A stretch of 64,000 nucleotides of DNA. It comes from a virus. The notes beneath the pieces are model-generated. The model had not been told where the DNA came from. It was given only the letters and a program-made list of their open reading frames with translations, and made no database searches. The position numbers and the translations under genes are program-made. The stretch is taken from IMG/VR virus record IMGVR_UViG_3300025237_000002, positions 46,536 through 110,535 of that record; one strand, given 5' to 3'. This document shows positions 10,069-19,845 of the stretch, piece after piece; positions within the stretch are counted from its first letter, which is position 1, and each line of letters opens with the position of its first letter.

Positions 10069-10338
10069 ATGAAATTATTAGTCATTATGGATAGCGATGG
10101 GCACTTCAAAGTCGCACATCCAACCGATAGGAAAGCAACAGTTAAATTATTACAAGACATCAGCGATGGTGATTACTATCACGATATCGTTGGTAGCTAT
10201 GATGATATCGAATATGTTGATATGTGTTGTAAAGATTGGAACGATTTCATAAGTGAATTCATTCAAAGAGGTACGTTAGAATATGTTGAAATATCTGATA
10301 CTGTACCAGTTGGATGTAAATGTGAAAAAACATCATAA
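10069..10338 (+). CDS. hypothetical protein
   Basis: ORF. Confidence 0.7.
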   Translation: MKLLVIMDSDGHFKVAHPTDRKATVKLLQDISDGDYYHDIVGSYDDIEYVDMCCKDWNDFISEFIQRGTLEYVEISDTVPVGCKCEKTS

Positions 10339-10409
10339 TAAATTAGATTTAACCAAAAAATAATCGTAAATTTACATTTACTTTAACAAAAAAAATACTA
10401 TATTAAGAT

Positions 10410-10952
10410 ATGAATAAAAATGAAATTACAAAAGTTTCTGTCTTCGACTTTGACGGAACTTTAATAGATACTACAATGCCTGAAATTGGTAAAGAGATGT
10501 GGAAAAAAGCCACTGGCGAAGACTTCCCTCACAAAGGGTGGTGGTCTAAGCGAGAGTCTTTAGATATTAACATTTATCCTAACAATGTCTTTGATGATAT
10601 CCTAGCAGAATTCAACAAAGCCAAAGGTAATGCAAATACGTTTGTTGCCTTATGTACAGGTAGAATTACACCATTAACAAATCAAGTAAAAGCCATCTTA
10701 GATAAACATAATTTGGTATTTGATGATGTTGTATTGACTGGTGATAAAAGGTTTAACAATGGTGCTAGTGATACATTAACATTTAAAATAAATTATTTAT
10801 CATCTTTGCAAGACCAATTCCCTAATTTAGAGATGATTGAGTTCTTTGATGATAGAGACCATCACCAAGCGACATTCCAACAATGGGGTAAGTTGCAACC
10901 AATACCAGTACATATTCATCACGTTCAACGTGATAGTGATAGCAGTCATTAA
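10410..10952 (+). CDS. HAD-superfamily phosphatase (Swiss Army Knife RNA-repair-like)
   Basis: VFDFDGTL, TGR, K, FFDDR motifs. Confidence 0.75.
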   Translation: MNKNEITKVSVFDFDGTLIDTTMPEIGKEMWKKATGEDFPHKGWWSKRESLDINIYPNNVFDDILAEFNKAKGNANTFVALCTGRITPLTNQVKAILDKHNLVFDDVVLTGDKRFNNGASDTLTFKINYLSSLQDQFPNLEMIEFFDDRDHHQATFQQWGKLQPIPVHIHHVQRDSDSSH

Positions 10953-11015
10953 TCAGTACGTAAGTACACCATTAATCAGTACGTAAGTACACCATTAATC
11001 AGTGCGTTAGCACAT
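10947..11015. repeat. 3 x 23 bp direct repeat with internal palindrome upstream of sigma gene
   Basis: CATTAATCAGTACGTAAGTACAC x2 plus variant CATTAATCAGTGCGTTAGCACAT. Confidence 0.9.
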
Positions 11016-11041
11016 CCCCAAATCAAAGAAAAAATAAACAA

Positions 11042-11899
11042 ATGAAACAATTTAAAATTCAATCGACTATTACTAGTCGAGGTACCAATGCATTAAAAGC
11101 TTATTTTAATGATATCAAGCAAATCAAAATACTAACATCAGAAGAAGAATACGAAATTGCTTACCTAGCTCATGAAGGTGATGAAAAAGCTAGGCAAGAC
11201 CTTGTAAGACATAACCTACGTTTCGTAGTATCTGTTGCAAAACAATACGAAACATCAACCCTAAAACTTGAGGATTTAATCAATGAAGGTAATGTTGGTT
11301 TAGTGATTGCATCAACGAAATTCGACCCTTCAAGAGGTTTTAAGTTTCTATCATACGCTGTATGGTGGATTAGACGTTATATCTTAGCTTACATATCTGA
11401 TAACGGTAAAACTATCAGAATTCCTAACAACAAAATCAACATCATTACTAAACTTAAAAGTAAGTATGTTGCGTTAGAACAAAGGTTACAACGTGAACCA
11501 AGCTATAACGAACTTGTAGAGTACGTTAGCCCTGATTTTAACGAAGATGAAGTACATTACTTTTTTATGTCAAGAGATAATTACACCTCATCATTAGATG
11601 CACAAGTTGGACATGATGACTTTGGTAGCAATACTTTAGCTGATACAATTGAAGATAATACTGTAATTAAGACTTCACACTATGTAGACGAACTAGATAG
11701 TGAATATAGAAAAAATACGATGCTAAACCTATTGGATAAAGACATTGAAAGAGAAGTTATTAGGTTAGCGTTTGGTTTAGATGGTCAATCACCATTACCA
11801 TTAAAAACCATTGCGTTCTTATTAGGAGTTACTAGTGAGAGAGTTAGACAAGTTAAAGAAATATCTTTAAGACAATTAAAAATAAAACTAAGTAATTAG
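11042..11899 (+). CDS. RNA polymerase sigma-70 factor, Bacteroidetes RpoD/SigA-like
   Basis: NLRFVVSVAKQY, DLINEGNVGL, GFKFLSYAVWWIR, ERVRQVKE; short N-terminus as in Bacteroidetes SigA. Confidence 0.92.
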   Translation: MKQFKIQSTITSRGTNALKAYFNDIKQIKILTSEEEYEIAYLAHEGDEKARQDLVRHNLRFVVSVAKQYETSTLKLEDLINEGNVGLVIASTKFDPSRGFKFLSYAVWWIRRYILAYISDNGKTIRIPNNKINIITKLKSKYVALEQRLQREPSYNELVEYVSPDFNEDEVHYFFMSRDNYTSSLDAQVGHDDFGSNTLADTIEDNTVIKTSHYVDELDSEYRKNTMLNLLDKDIEREVIRLAFGLDGQSPLPLKTIAFLLGVTSERVRQVKEISLRQLKIKLSN

Positions 11900-11934
11900 T
11901 ATATCTCAATAAATTTTATTATCTTTGTCCCTAT

Positions 11935-12366
11935 ATGAAAGAACTACTTAAATATAGGGACAATTCTTATTTTAACGATACTGACTACTTCTTAGCGGAT
12001 AGTGGGCTTAGCTCGTTTTACCTAACTACTTTAGAATTATATAAAAGTAATTGGTATCCTAAAGAACATATGGCTTTTAGTGGTGGAACTCTATACCCTA
12101 ATGGTTATTGGTATCCGTCAAATCGATGGTATAATAACGGTTGTACCCAAGTTAATATGGCAACCACAAGAACGTTAAATTGTAATGAACTTCTTGGAAG
12201 AGAGGTTGAATATAAGGGTACTGGAATAAAAGGTACTATCACTAAATTCTTATTACATAACATGGGTGTTAATTGGTATCAAGGTCAAGGCGACCTTAAG
12301 CGGAAGTTTGGTATGCCTACTTTCTGGAATGAACCAAAGTATTTAGAATTAACACAAAATTTCTGA
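11935..12366 (+). CDS. hypothetical protein
   Basis: ORF after TATCTTTG promoter. Confidence 0.65.
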   Translation: MKELLKYRDNSYFNDTDYFLADSGLSSFYLTTLELYKSNWYPKEHMAFSGGTLYPNGYWYPSNRWYNNGCTQVNMATTRTLNCNELLGREVEYKGTGIKGTITKFLLHNMGVNWYQGQGDLKRKFGMPTFWNEPKYLELTQNF

Positions 12367-12394
12367 TTTTATAAGCTTTTTCTCGCTTTTTTTC

Positions 12395-12409
12395 ATATTT
12401 ATAGTATAG
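12395..12409 (+). promoter_or_regulatory. putative second-class (late?) promoter ATATTTATAGTATAG
   Basis: identical to 10024-10038. Confidence 0.5.
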
Positions 12410-12434
12410 ACTCAATGAGTTAAAAGTTATAAAA

Positions 12435-12821
12435 ATGAAAAAAAACGAGATAAAGAAAGTATTACGAGAAAATACAATAGGTCTGGAAGAAAAATCAGCA
12501 CCTAATAGACATATTAACCACGCCATTAGCACTAAAACTAATGACGATGCTCAATCAGATAATGAATATGAGAAAATAGTTAAGTTATTAGATAATGACT
12601 TGATTAACCACGCTGCAATTGGGCGTAGAATGAAAGGTGATGAATGGGGAGGTAATAGTGAAGCTACTAATAGGTCCAAATTCAGAAAGAAAGTTAAGAG
12701 AATGCAAAATGATGAAGGTGGTACATACCACTTTGATGAAGATGAATTATCACAAGTCCAAAAGATTCTGATGAACTTTTCTTCAACCATAAGTCATTCA
12801 ATAGGTAGAGAAGGGAAATAA
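12435..12821 (+). CDS. hypothetical protein
   Basis: ORF, N-terminus IKKVLRE. Confidence 0.7.
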   Translation: MKKNEIKKVLRENTIGLEEKSAPNRHINHAISTKTNDDAQSDNEYEKIVKLLDNDLINHAAIGRRMKGDEWGGNSEATNRSKFRKKVKRMQNDEGGTYHFDEDELSQVQKILMNFSSTISHSIGREGK

Positions 12822-13187
12822 TTGGATAAACGTTTGAATACCCAAGACATTAAAAGTCTAATCGATAATATCCATAAGACTTTTGACCAACTGAAAAAAC
12901 TTAGACTCCAAGCTAAAAATGAACTATCCCAAATTGATAAAGAACTGTCAAATCATTATCATAATATAGAGGGAACTAGTATAGAATATATGACCGACTC
13001 GCATTTAATGGTCATGAAACTAAAAGATATCTTATACCAGCGAAGAGAAGCTAAGATTAACCATACGTTGTTAGAATCATTCGTATCTGCGCTAGAAAGA
13101 CCCATGGACAAAACCAAGAAGCGGTCTACAGAAATCGTCAATAAACATGACGAGATTATTAAAGAAATAATAAAAAGAGCCAAATAG
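12822..13187 (+). CDS. coiled-coil hypothetical protein
   Basis: ORF with TTG start. Confidence 0.65.
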   Translation: MDKRLNTQDIKSLIDNIHKTFDQLKKLRLQAKNELSQIDKELSNHYHNIEGTSIEYMTDSHLMVMKLKDILYQRREAKINHTLLESFVSALERPMDKTKKRSTEIVNKHDEIIKEIIKRAK

Positions 13188-13246
13188 AAGAAATTTTATT
13201 TGGTTTTTTCGTTTTTAATACGTATCTTTGTGAAAACTAAAATATT

Positions 13247-13492
13247 ATGACAGAACAAGCATTTGGTGCAATGGGAATTATTTTTACAATAGCAATGGGA
13301 ATTATACTACTTGTTGGATTTATAGCCGATACAGGAAAACCCAACACTTGGGAAAATTTATACACTTCTTATTTAGGTGGTAGAAACCAGACGTTGAAGA
13401 TTAAACTTCAAATGATGGAGGAAGAAACCAAACAAATGGAGGAAGAAACCAAACAAATGGCTCTAACCATAGGTGATTCGATAGGAGATTAA
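13247..13492 (+). CDS. small membrane protein with in-frame 21 bp duplication
   Basis: N-terminal TM; MEEETKQ x2. Confidence 0.65.
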   Translation: MTEQAFGAMGIIFTIAMGIILLVGFIADTGKPNTWENLYTSYLGGRNQTLKIKLQMMEEETKQMEEETKQMALTIGDSIGD

Positions 13493-13570
13493 AAATAAAC
13501 CAGGTTTTATTAGGTTTGTATGTTTATTATCCTTATATTTGTACCATAATAACAATAAAACATTAAAATT

Positions 13571-14065
13571 ATGAAAACTGATTCTTTAGAATTTAACACA
13601 ATCAAAACGATTAAAGTTATCCAAAAGGATGGTATGCTTCAAAAAGTATACAATGCTAAAACAGATAACTTTAACTTTACGAAATTATTAAGTGAAGCTG
13701 AAGCCAATACGTTAGCTGATGAAACAATTAAAACACTTAACGACATTTATGTATCAATCATATTGATTGACGATGCTCAATTCGATGTGTATGAGAAAAT
13801 AAATGGAACTCGAACTACACCTAGACGATATGGTAAAAACCAAATCAAGGTTGATGTTGAAGCACAAGGTGGTATACCAACATCAGCACAAGAGTCAATG
13901 TTGTTATTAGGTGATTTAAAAGCTATGACATCGACTTTACTTAACAGAGGTGTATCTGATAGATATAAAGGAACTGTGAACTTCTCAGATGCTGACCACC
14001 GTAAAATCAAATCAGCTATTAGAGAGTTGAAAAAGAGTTTGTTACCAGTACTTAAATCTAAATAA
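13571..14065 (+). CDS. hypothetical protein
   Basis: ORF after promoter. Confidence 0.7.
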   Translation: MKTDSLEFNTIKTIKVIQKDGMLQKVYNAKTDNFNFTKLLSEAEANTLADETIKTLNDIYVSIILIDDAQFDVYEKINGTRTTPRRYGKNQIKVDVEAQGGIPTSAQESMLLLGDLKAMTSTLLNRGVSDRYKGTVNFSDADHRKIKSAIRELKKSLLPVLKSK

Positions 14066-14066
14066 G

Positions 14067-14285
14067 ATGAAAGCAATTTTAAATAAAGTTAAAGATAACC
14101 AAGAAAGTAATAAGAACTCCTTATTACTAATGAGAAGGCATAATAGAATATTAATCCCTTCAATATTTAACATAACGTTTTATTCATGTTTTATATATCA
14201 AGAATTATATATTCTTAAATATATTTGGATAGCTAACGATAATATTAAAATATTAGATAATTTAATTAATAGTTTAAATAAATAA
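14067..14285 (+). CDS. hypothetical protein
   Basis: ORF. Confidence 0.5.
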   Translation: MKAILNKVKDNQESNKNSLLLMRRHNRILIPSIFNITFYSCFIYQELYILKYIWIANDNIKILDNLINSLNK

Positions 14286-14287
14286 TT

Positions 14288-14458
14288 ATGAAATATAAAT
14301 TCACTTCAATGTTCTTCGGTCTAACAGTATTTTTTGGGTTAGGAGTAATTGATAAAATAGTTGCACAAACTATTTGGGATGGTTTTGATGTTGTTTTTAC
14401 AATATTTTTTTCTATCTTTAGTGCAATTACTTTCTATAATTATAAAAACGCTAGATAA
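14288..14458 (+). CDS. small membrane protein (56 aa)
   Basis: hydrophobic; TAATG coupling to next gene. Confidence 0.5.
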   Translation: MKYKFTSMFFGLTVFFGLGVIDKIVAQTIWDGFDVVFTIFFSIFSAITFYNYKNAR

Positions 14459-15150
14459 TGATAACAACTAACTTAAGGGATAGAGCATATAATGCACTTA
14501 ATCTAAGACAATATTCAGAATTGAATGTAGTTGATGAATTAGGACCTCTTAACTTAGTTGTACCATCGGAAAGACAATATGTCTTAAGAATACTAATCAA
14601 ACGTACATTTGGTGAATTCCAAATCCCAACAGAATTAGAATGGGTTAGACCATTTATAAATACAACTAAAGCTCACCAAGACAGAATAGGGGTTAAGCAA
14701 CCATTTGTATATCTTACGGTAAGAAACGGTCTTGTGGAGTCTGTAACCGATGATGAGTGGCACGTAGATGGTTTTTCACAAACCATTACTCACTTACCCG
14801 AACAAAATTACCTATGGACTGATGTACTACCAACTGAATATATTGAGAAAACATTTAATTTTCCTGATAACTTCGATAGTGCTAAACATAACGTTCATGA
14901 CTTCTTCCAACGTAGAATAACAACGGATGAAGTGCTAACTATGAAAGCCAAAAACGTATATGGTTTTGACCCATATGTTATTCATCGAAGACCTAAAATT
15001 AGTGCTGGAACTCAAAGATGTTTCTTAAGAGTATCTTACACACCAATTGAGATTGAAGACATTAATAATACCTTCAATGACTTATTACCAACAGCTTATG
15101 TAAGAGATGGTGTGAAAGCATTTAGAGATAAATTAGTAAGTTATGATTAG
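14458..15150 (+). CDS. 2OG-Fe(II) oxygenase-like protein
   Basis: WHVD...H...R facial-triad pattern. Confidence 0.6.
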   Translation: MITTNLRDRAYNALNLRQYSELNVVDELGPLNLVVPSERQYVLRILIKRTFGEFQIPTELEWVRPFINTTKAHQDRIGVKQPFVYLTVRNGLVESVTDDEWHVDGFSQTITHLPEQNYLWTDVLPTEYIEKTFNFPDNFDSAKHNVHDFFQRRITTDEVLTMKAKNVYGFDPYVIHRRPKISAGTQRCFLRVSYTPIEIEDINNTFNDLLPTAYVRDGVKAFRDKLVSYD

Positions 15151-15357
15151 ATATAAATTAATGAGATTGTGGTTTAAAATTAGATACCACAAAATATTTA
15201 GAAGCAAAGAAGAAAAGCTGCGAAGGAAGCAAAATGCTCTAGCACTTTACAACGAAATTATGAGTGAAAAATTTAGTGATAAAAAATAGATACGAATTTA
15301 TTTGCATATGTCGATAAAATTTCGTATATTTACATATAAGAGTTAAATACTAATATT

Positions 15358-15720
15358 ATGCCAACACAAGGAGAAAGACAAAATTACCAATGGAGACCGA
15401 ATGATAATTCGTCTACCACAAGGTTAAGATATGACTTGGAAGCTGAACATTGGTTAACCTCAATAAAATCAACATCTTCAAGAAGAGGTTCAGGTGGAAG
15501 TGGAAGTTTTGCGTTTTTATTCACGTTCTTCGCTTTAGCCTTCAATCTTTTGAACATACTCGTTCTTGGAATAACAATGTTATTCAAGTGGATGTTCGGA
15601 CTTAACAAAAAGACTTCAAGGGTTGTTACCCATGAAGGTGTACGTGAAAGAATGTTAACACCTGAAGAGGTTGACGAAATAAATAGAACCCAAACACCAA
15701 CAAGTATATATGAGAATTAA
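15358..15720 (+). CDS. membrane protein
   Basis: central TM segment. Confidence 0.6.
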   Translation: MPTQGERQNYQWRPNDNSSTTRLRYDLEAEHWLTSIKSTSSRRGSGGSGSFAFLFTFFALAFNLLNILVLGITMLFKWMFGLNKKTSRVVTHEGVRERMLTPEEVDEINRTQTPTSIYEN

Positions 15721-16039
15721 AGGAACTTTATTTGATGAGTTAGGAAACTCATATCTAGCCGATAATGTTGATATATATGTTGGTGAAATGAAAGATAGAT
15801 TATTGGTTGTAACCTATATGAACACAATCCATTTTCATGAAATTGAACTAGATACTATGAAAACTCTAGTCAAAGAAGGTGTGATTGATACAATTGATGA
15901 AGATTACAATCCTAGTCTAACTCTAAGCGCAATAGATTCAATGAGGGAAGAAATCATTGAACGATTCGATGAAGATTACCATGAGCATGTGATAGAACAA
16001 CTTAAAAAGAAAATTTTAAAAGCTAAAAAAAATGGATAA
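15710..16039 (+). CDS. hypothetical protein
   Basis: ORF. Confidence 0.65.
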   Translation: MRIKGTLFDELGNSYLADNVDIYVGEMKDRLLVVTYMNTIHFHEIELDTMKTLVKEGVIDTIDEDYNPSLTLSAIDSMREEIIERFDEDYHEHVIEQLKKKILKAKKNG

Positions 16040-16214
16040 CGATTGGGGAGATAATACTGGAAAAAGAGTAGAGATTGATGGTGTAAGTCATTTATTAATA
16101 CCCGAACAATCAACGGTTGTTAGCAAAGAAGGTGAATTTACGATGTATGATGACACACAAGGTCATTGTGCGCTATGTGGACGTATAACTTGTAAACAAA
16201 CATGTTTTAAATAA
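16032..16214 (+). CDS. small Cys-rich protein
   Basis: CALCGRITCKQTC. Confidence 0.6.
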   Translation: MDNDWGDNTGKRVEIDGVSHLLIPEQSTVVSKEGEFTMYDDTQGHCALCGRITCKQTCFK

Positions 16215-16380
16215 TGGATGCATTTCTACACTTATTAGGGTTATGTGGTGACACTCACTCACATTTCGACCTTATCGACTTACTCATCATCTTAGGTGGT
16301 GGTGGAGCTGGATTAGTTACAATTAAATTATACTACAGAACCGTGATATACATGGTTAAAGATTACATTAAAAAAATATT

Positions 16381-17148
16381 ATGAATAAAATATACGGGGA
16401 AAATAGTGACAACGGACCTGAAGGTTCAACAGCAATAGGAAATGAAGTGGGTGCTGATAACATAGAAGATAAGTTTGTAAATGAAGTGTGTAACTTGGTT
16501 ACAGAGATACTTGAAATTGGTTGGAAAGATAGAACTGTTTTTAAAGCAGTCCTAAAGAAAGCAATTGGTAAAGATATTGATTCTAGTAATCGAGAAGATG
16601 GACTATTACAACAACATGGTGCCTATGTCTTAGATAAAGCGTCTAAACGAATTATTGATGAGTTAGAATTGGTTGACGTAAAGGTTAACCATGAGTATGC
16701 CGCACACGCTAAATTTGCTGATATAGTAAAAGCAATTAAAGCTAAGCTTGACGAACCATCGTTAAAAGTTGAAGAGCTTGATACTGAGGAATTTGCGGAG
16801 AAATTATTAGAGAAATATGGTCCAGAGTCTATATTTCAATTAGCTAAGTTGTTAATTAAAATTGCGAATGACGATGTTAATTTAGCTATTTCACAATCAA
16901 TCTCAAGCCCAATGGCTGTTGATTATAGAGATGATAAAGTTAGGCAGAAAGAAGATGTAAAAAAGAAGAAATCGGATATTAAACCACCTAATATCATGCA
17001 TTTGGTAGCTACTTATAAAGCTAGAATCTTAACTCTACAAAATAAAGATTTATCGAGTATTTCAGAATACAACGGAATAAAGATTGAAATTAATACTCTT
17101 CAAGGTGTGGTTGATAACCTATCCAGTTGGATTGTTTATAATTATTAA
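16381..17148 (+). CDS. hypothetical protein
   Basis: 255 aa ORF. Confidence 0.7.
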   Translation: MNKIYGENSDNGPEGSTAIGNEVGADNIEDKFVNEVCNLVTEILEIGWKDRTVFKAVLKKAIGKDIDSSNREDGLLQQHGAYVLDKASKRIIDELELVDVKVNHEYAAHAKFADIVKAIKAKLDEPSLKVEELDTEEFAEKLLEKYGPESIFQLAKLLIKIANDDVNLAISQSISSPMAVDYRDDKVRQKEDVKKKKSDIKPPNIMHLVATYKARILTLQNKDLSSISEYNGIKIEINTLQGVVDNLSSWIVYNY

Positions 17149-17206
17149 ACAAAATTAGGTTTATAAGTTTATTATCATTATATTTGCATCATAAAAAATA
17201 ACAATT

Positions 17207-17485
17207 ATGCACGTAACCTTACAAATACTACATAGCGAAGAATACTTCCAACAAATGGATAGAGAAATCGATTGGGATGAAACTAATGACCCCAAAAAAG
17301 TATCGCTTGCACAAGCTGACCTTATCTTTAAGATTCTTACTTGTGAAGCATCTATATTCCTATTACGTAGAGCAACTGGTTCAGATGGTGGAAACGTAGA
17401 TATTATGGTGGGAGTCAGAAGAGATTTTATCAAAGAATATGAGAAATCATATGAACCATATAACTATTATAACGAAGTGGATTAA
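17207..17485 (+). CDS. hypothetical protein
   Basis: ORF after promoter. Confidence 0.7.
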   Translation: MHVTLQILHSEEYFQQMDREIDWDETNDPKKVSLAQADLIFKILTCEASIFLLRRATGSDGGNVDIMVGVRRDFIKEYEKSYEPYNYYNEVD

Positions 17486-17841
17486 TGAACATACCAAACA
17501 CATTAGACGATGCTATAATTGAAGTTCTATTGGGACTTTCAAGTGAAAACATTGCGGATATTAAAACCAATAAACTTGATTCAGTTTCAATGCATCATGT
17601 ATTAGGTAGATGGCTTAGAAATAATTGGGGCTTATGGTCTGGCTCAAACCTTAGAACACACTTCTTTGATATGGGTGTTCATCATGCAGATGATATGACA
17701 GACATCATACTTAGTAATGTTGTATGTAAAATAAAAGGTGAACCATTCAACCTCCAAGTTAAATTAGATAGATTAAGATTATTTTGGGGTGACCAAGATA
17801 TTGATGTCGATGCTGAAATAAAAAGATTAAGAAATGAATAA
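17485..17841 (+). CDS. DUF6794-like protein
   Basis: HHVLGRWLRNNWGLW...HADDM motif. Confidence 0.6.
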   Translation: MNIPNTLDDAIIEVLLGLSSENIADIKTNKLDSVSMHHVLGRWLRNNWGLWSGSNLRTHFFDMGVHHADDMTDIILSNVVCKIKGEPFNLQVKLDRLRLFWGDQDIDVDAEIKRLRNE

Positions 17842-18298
17842 AACGATAAAAGATTTTACTGCATTGTTGATAGATAAAACCAGTTTGGCTATTATCATCA
17901 ACGAATATGGAGCTGACAGACCTAACTCATACGTCCTATGGATGGGTAAAGAACCTCTTAACCTAGTGATAGGGATAGAAGAAATGGATAGTATTCTATT
18001 TAACGTATCCATGGGTGATGTAACGAAGATTGAAATCCTATCTGAGAGTATATATCAAATCTACAAGGCTAGACGTGAGCATGGTGACGATTGGAATTCA
18101 ATGAGTGATGTGTTATATCAATTAACCGATAAGACCTATCATCAAGCTCAATTAGAGAAAATCCTCGTATTTGTAATGCCAAAAGACCTTAGAGACTCAT
18201 CCTACACTTGGGGTATGACTGACACACCTTGGCGTGATAACCTACATGAATGGTGGGAAAGTAATATGATGAATGACGTAGAAAAAGAAACGCATTAA
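17834..18298 (+). CDS. hypothetical protein
   Basis: ORF. Confidence 0.7.
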   Translation: MNKTIKDFTALLIDKTSLAIIINEYGADRPNSYVLWMGKEPLNLVIGIEEMDSILFNVSMGDVTKIEILSESIYQIYKARREHGDDWNSMSDVLYQLTDKTYHQAQLEKILVFVMPKDLRDSSYTWGMTDTPWRDNLHEWWESNMMNDVEKETH

Positions 18299-18356
18299 AT
18301 TAGGTAGAACCAATTAATTGTTTTATCTTTGTGGAACAATAAGTAAAAATCATAAC

Positions 18357-18644
18357 ATGGATAACAACGGTAAAGTTCAAACTAATGAACATAAAGTAAA
18401 TGTTTTAGTCTCAACAAGACATTCAAACAATAGACATTATTCCCATTTGAATAAAGAAATTGAAGTAATAAAAACCCTATCAGATAATGATATCATTAAA
18501 TTGTGGGAGGCTAGAAATGTTGATGACAAATTAGAATTGGCTAAGAATTGGATTAAAAGAGAAGATGGGTACGCTGTTTCTAATTGTGTAGATGATACAT
18601 TAAATATCACTTATGGTAGTATTGTTAACTATAAAAATCGATAA
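18357..18644 (+). CDS. hypothetical protein
   Basis: start corrected to ATG after promoter repeat 18298-18331. Confidence 0.65.
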   Translation: MDNNGKVQTNEHKVNVLVSTRHSNNRHYSHLNKEIEVIKTLSDNDIIKLWEARNVDDKLELAKNWIKREDGYAVSNCVDDTLNITYGSIVNYKNR

Positions 18645-18647
18645 GAT

Positions 18648-19046
18648 ATGGAAACTAAATTATCATACGATGATTATCAAAAAGGAGCAATTAAATTGTT
18701 CAAGAAAATATTTGGTAATAAATTACTTAAACAAGCTAAGAATACTGAATTGAAATCTTTCGATTGGAAAGGTGTGGATTATAGTCATAATAGAATTTGT
18801 TCAACTTCTCTAACCATCAAACAAAGATATGCAAATGTCTATGAAGATGATGAAGCGTTAAGTACCTTTATTAACTCTGTGTTCCTATATGGGTATAACC
18901 AAGCATGTGAGTATGAATTAGGTCCTCTTCAAGAGGAACGTGACACGTATAGACGTTGGGTTGATGAAAGTAGAGAACGTTCACTTAGACTTAAAAATAA
19001 AATAGTTGAACTTGAAAAACAATTACATGAAAAAGAAACTAACTGA
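18648..19046 (+). CDS. hypothetical protein
   Basis: ORF. Confidence 0.7.
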   Translation: METKLSYDDYQKGAIKLFKKIFGNKLLKQAKNTELKSFDWKGVDYSHNRICSTSLTIKQRYANVYEDDEALSTFINSVFLYGYNQACEYELGPLQEERDTYRRWVDESRERSLRLKNKIVELEKQLHEKETN

Positions 19047-19365
19047 GAACCAAAGAGAATTTATGATAACCAATTTCTTTCAAAATGAGAAATATGCTGG
19101 GGCGAAAGGAATCGCTGAAAAACTGTTAGATAAAGGTCATTGCATCGTAGCTGGTAAAGATTGTATTTGGCATGGTGGTATAGGAAATTTCATAAAGACA
19201 AGTGAAGCTGAGGACGCTATCGATTGTCTTCTATATGAGTTTGATTTAGATATATTTAAATCATCAGGCTACTACAAAGAAACTCATAAGTTTATCCTCA
19301 AGGACTTAGCTGAGAAAGTGGACGAATCAGTTAAACAATTTAACGAAATTAAAGAATTAGTATAA
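19027..19365 (+). CDS. hypothetical protein
   Basis: ORF, start corrected. Confidence 0.65.
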   Translation: MKKKLTENQREFMITNFFQNEKYAGAKGIAEKLLDKGHCIVAGKDCIWHGGIGNFIKTSEAEDAIDCLLYEFDLDIFKSSGYYKETHKFILKDLAEKVDESVKQFNEIKELV

Positions 19366-19562
19366 TGGCAATATTTAAAATTAAAGAGACGGAATTAGTA
19401 ATGATGGCAAACATCTACGAGGTTGAAGCTGATACAAAAGAAGAAGCTGAAGAGAAGTATATCAATGAATTGGCTGGTAGATTAGAACTTCTAAATACTT
19501 TTCCTACATGTGAGTTAGAAGAAACCATAACAGCTTATATTGAAGGAGAAGATGGAAATTAA
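19365..19562 (+). CDS. DpnD/PcfM-like small protein
   Basis: YEVEADTKEEA motif. Confidence 0.55.
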   Translation: MAIFKIKETELVMMANIYEVEADTKEEAEEKYINELAGRLELLNTFPTCELEETITAYIEGEDGN

Positions 19563-19845
19563 AAACGACATCGCTGAAGATATTAAAGCGTATATTAAAG
19601 CAAAAAAAGTTTGTTACGGAATAGGTTCTGATGCTTATAACGTATTAAGACATCTGGAAACTACTATTCCAGATAAGATTCAAGGGACTTTAACCGTACC
19701 TGATATCAGAAACAAGTTAAGCCCTATCACACACTTAATCAGTATGATTGAGCGTGGTGATACAGACTACGTACACGAAGCAATTCCACAAGCTAAGATT
19801 AGTGTGAACTACTTAGCACAAAGAAAAGTATATGAAAAACGTTAA
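19552..19845 (+). CDS. hypothetical protein
   Basis: ORF, start corrected. Confidence 0.6.
   Translation: MEIKNDIAEDIKAYIKAKKVCYGIGSDAYNVLRHLETTIPDKIQGTLTVPDIRNKLSPITHLISMIERGDTDYVHEAIPQAKISVNYLAQRKVYEKR

Noticed and set aside
10947-11015. Mini CRISPR array
   Set aside because: Units are contiguous with no spacers
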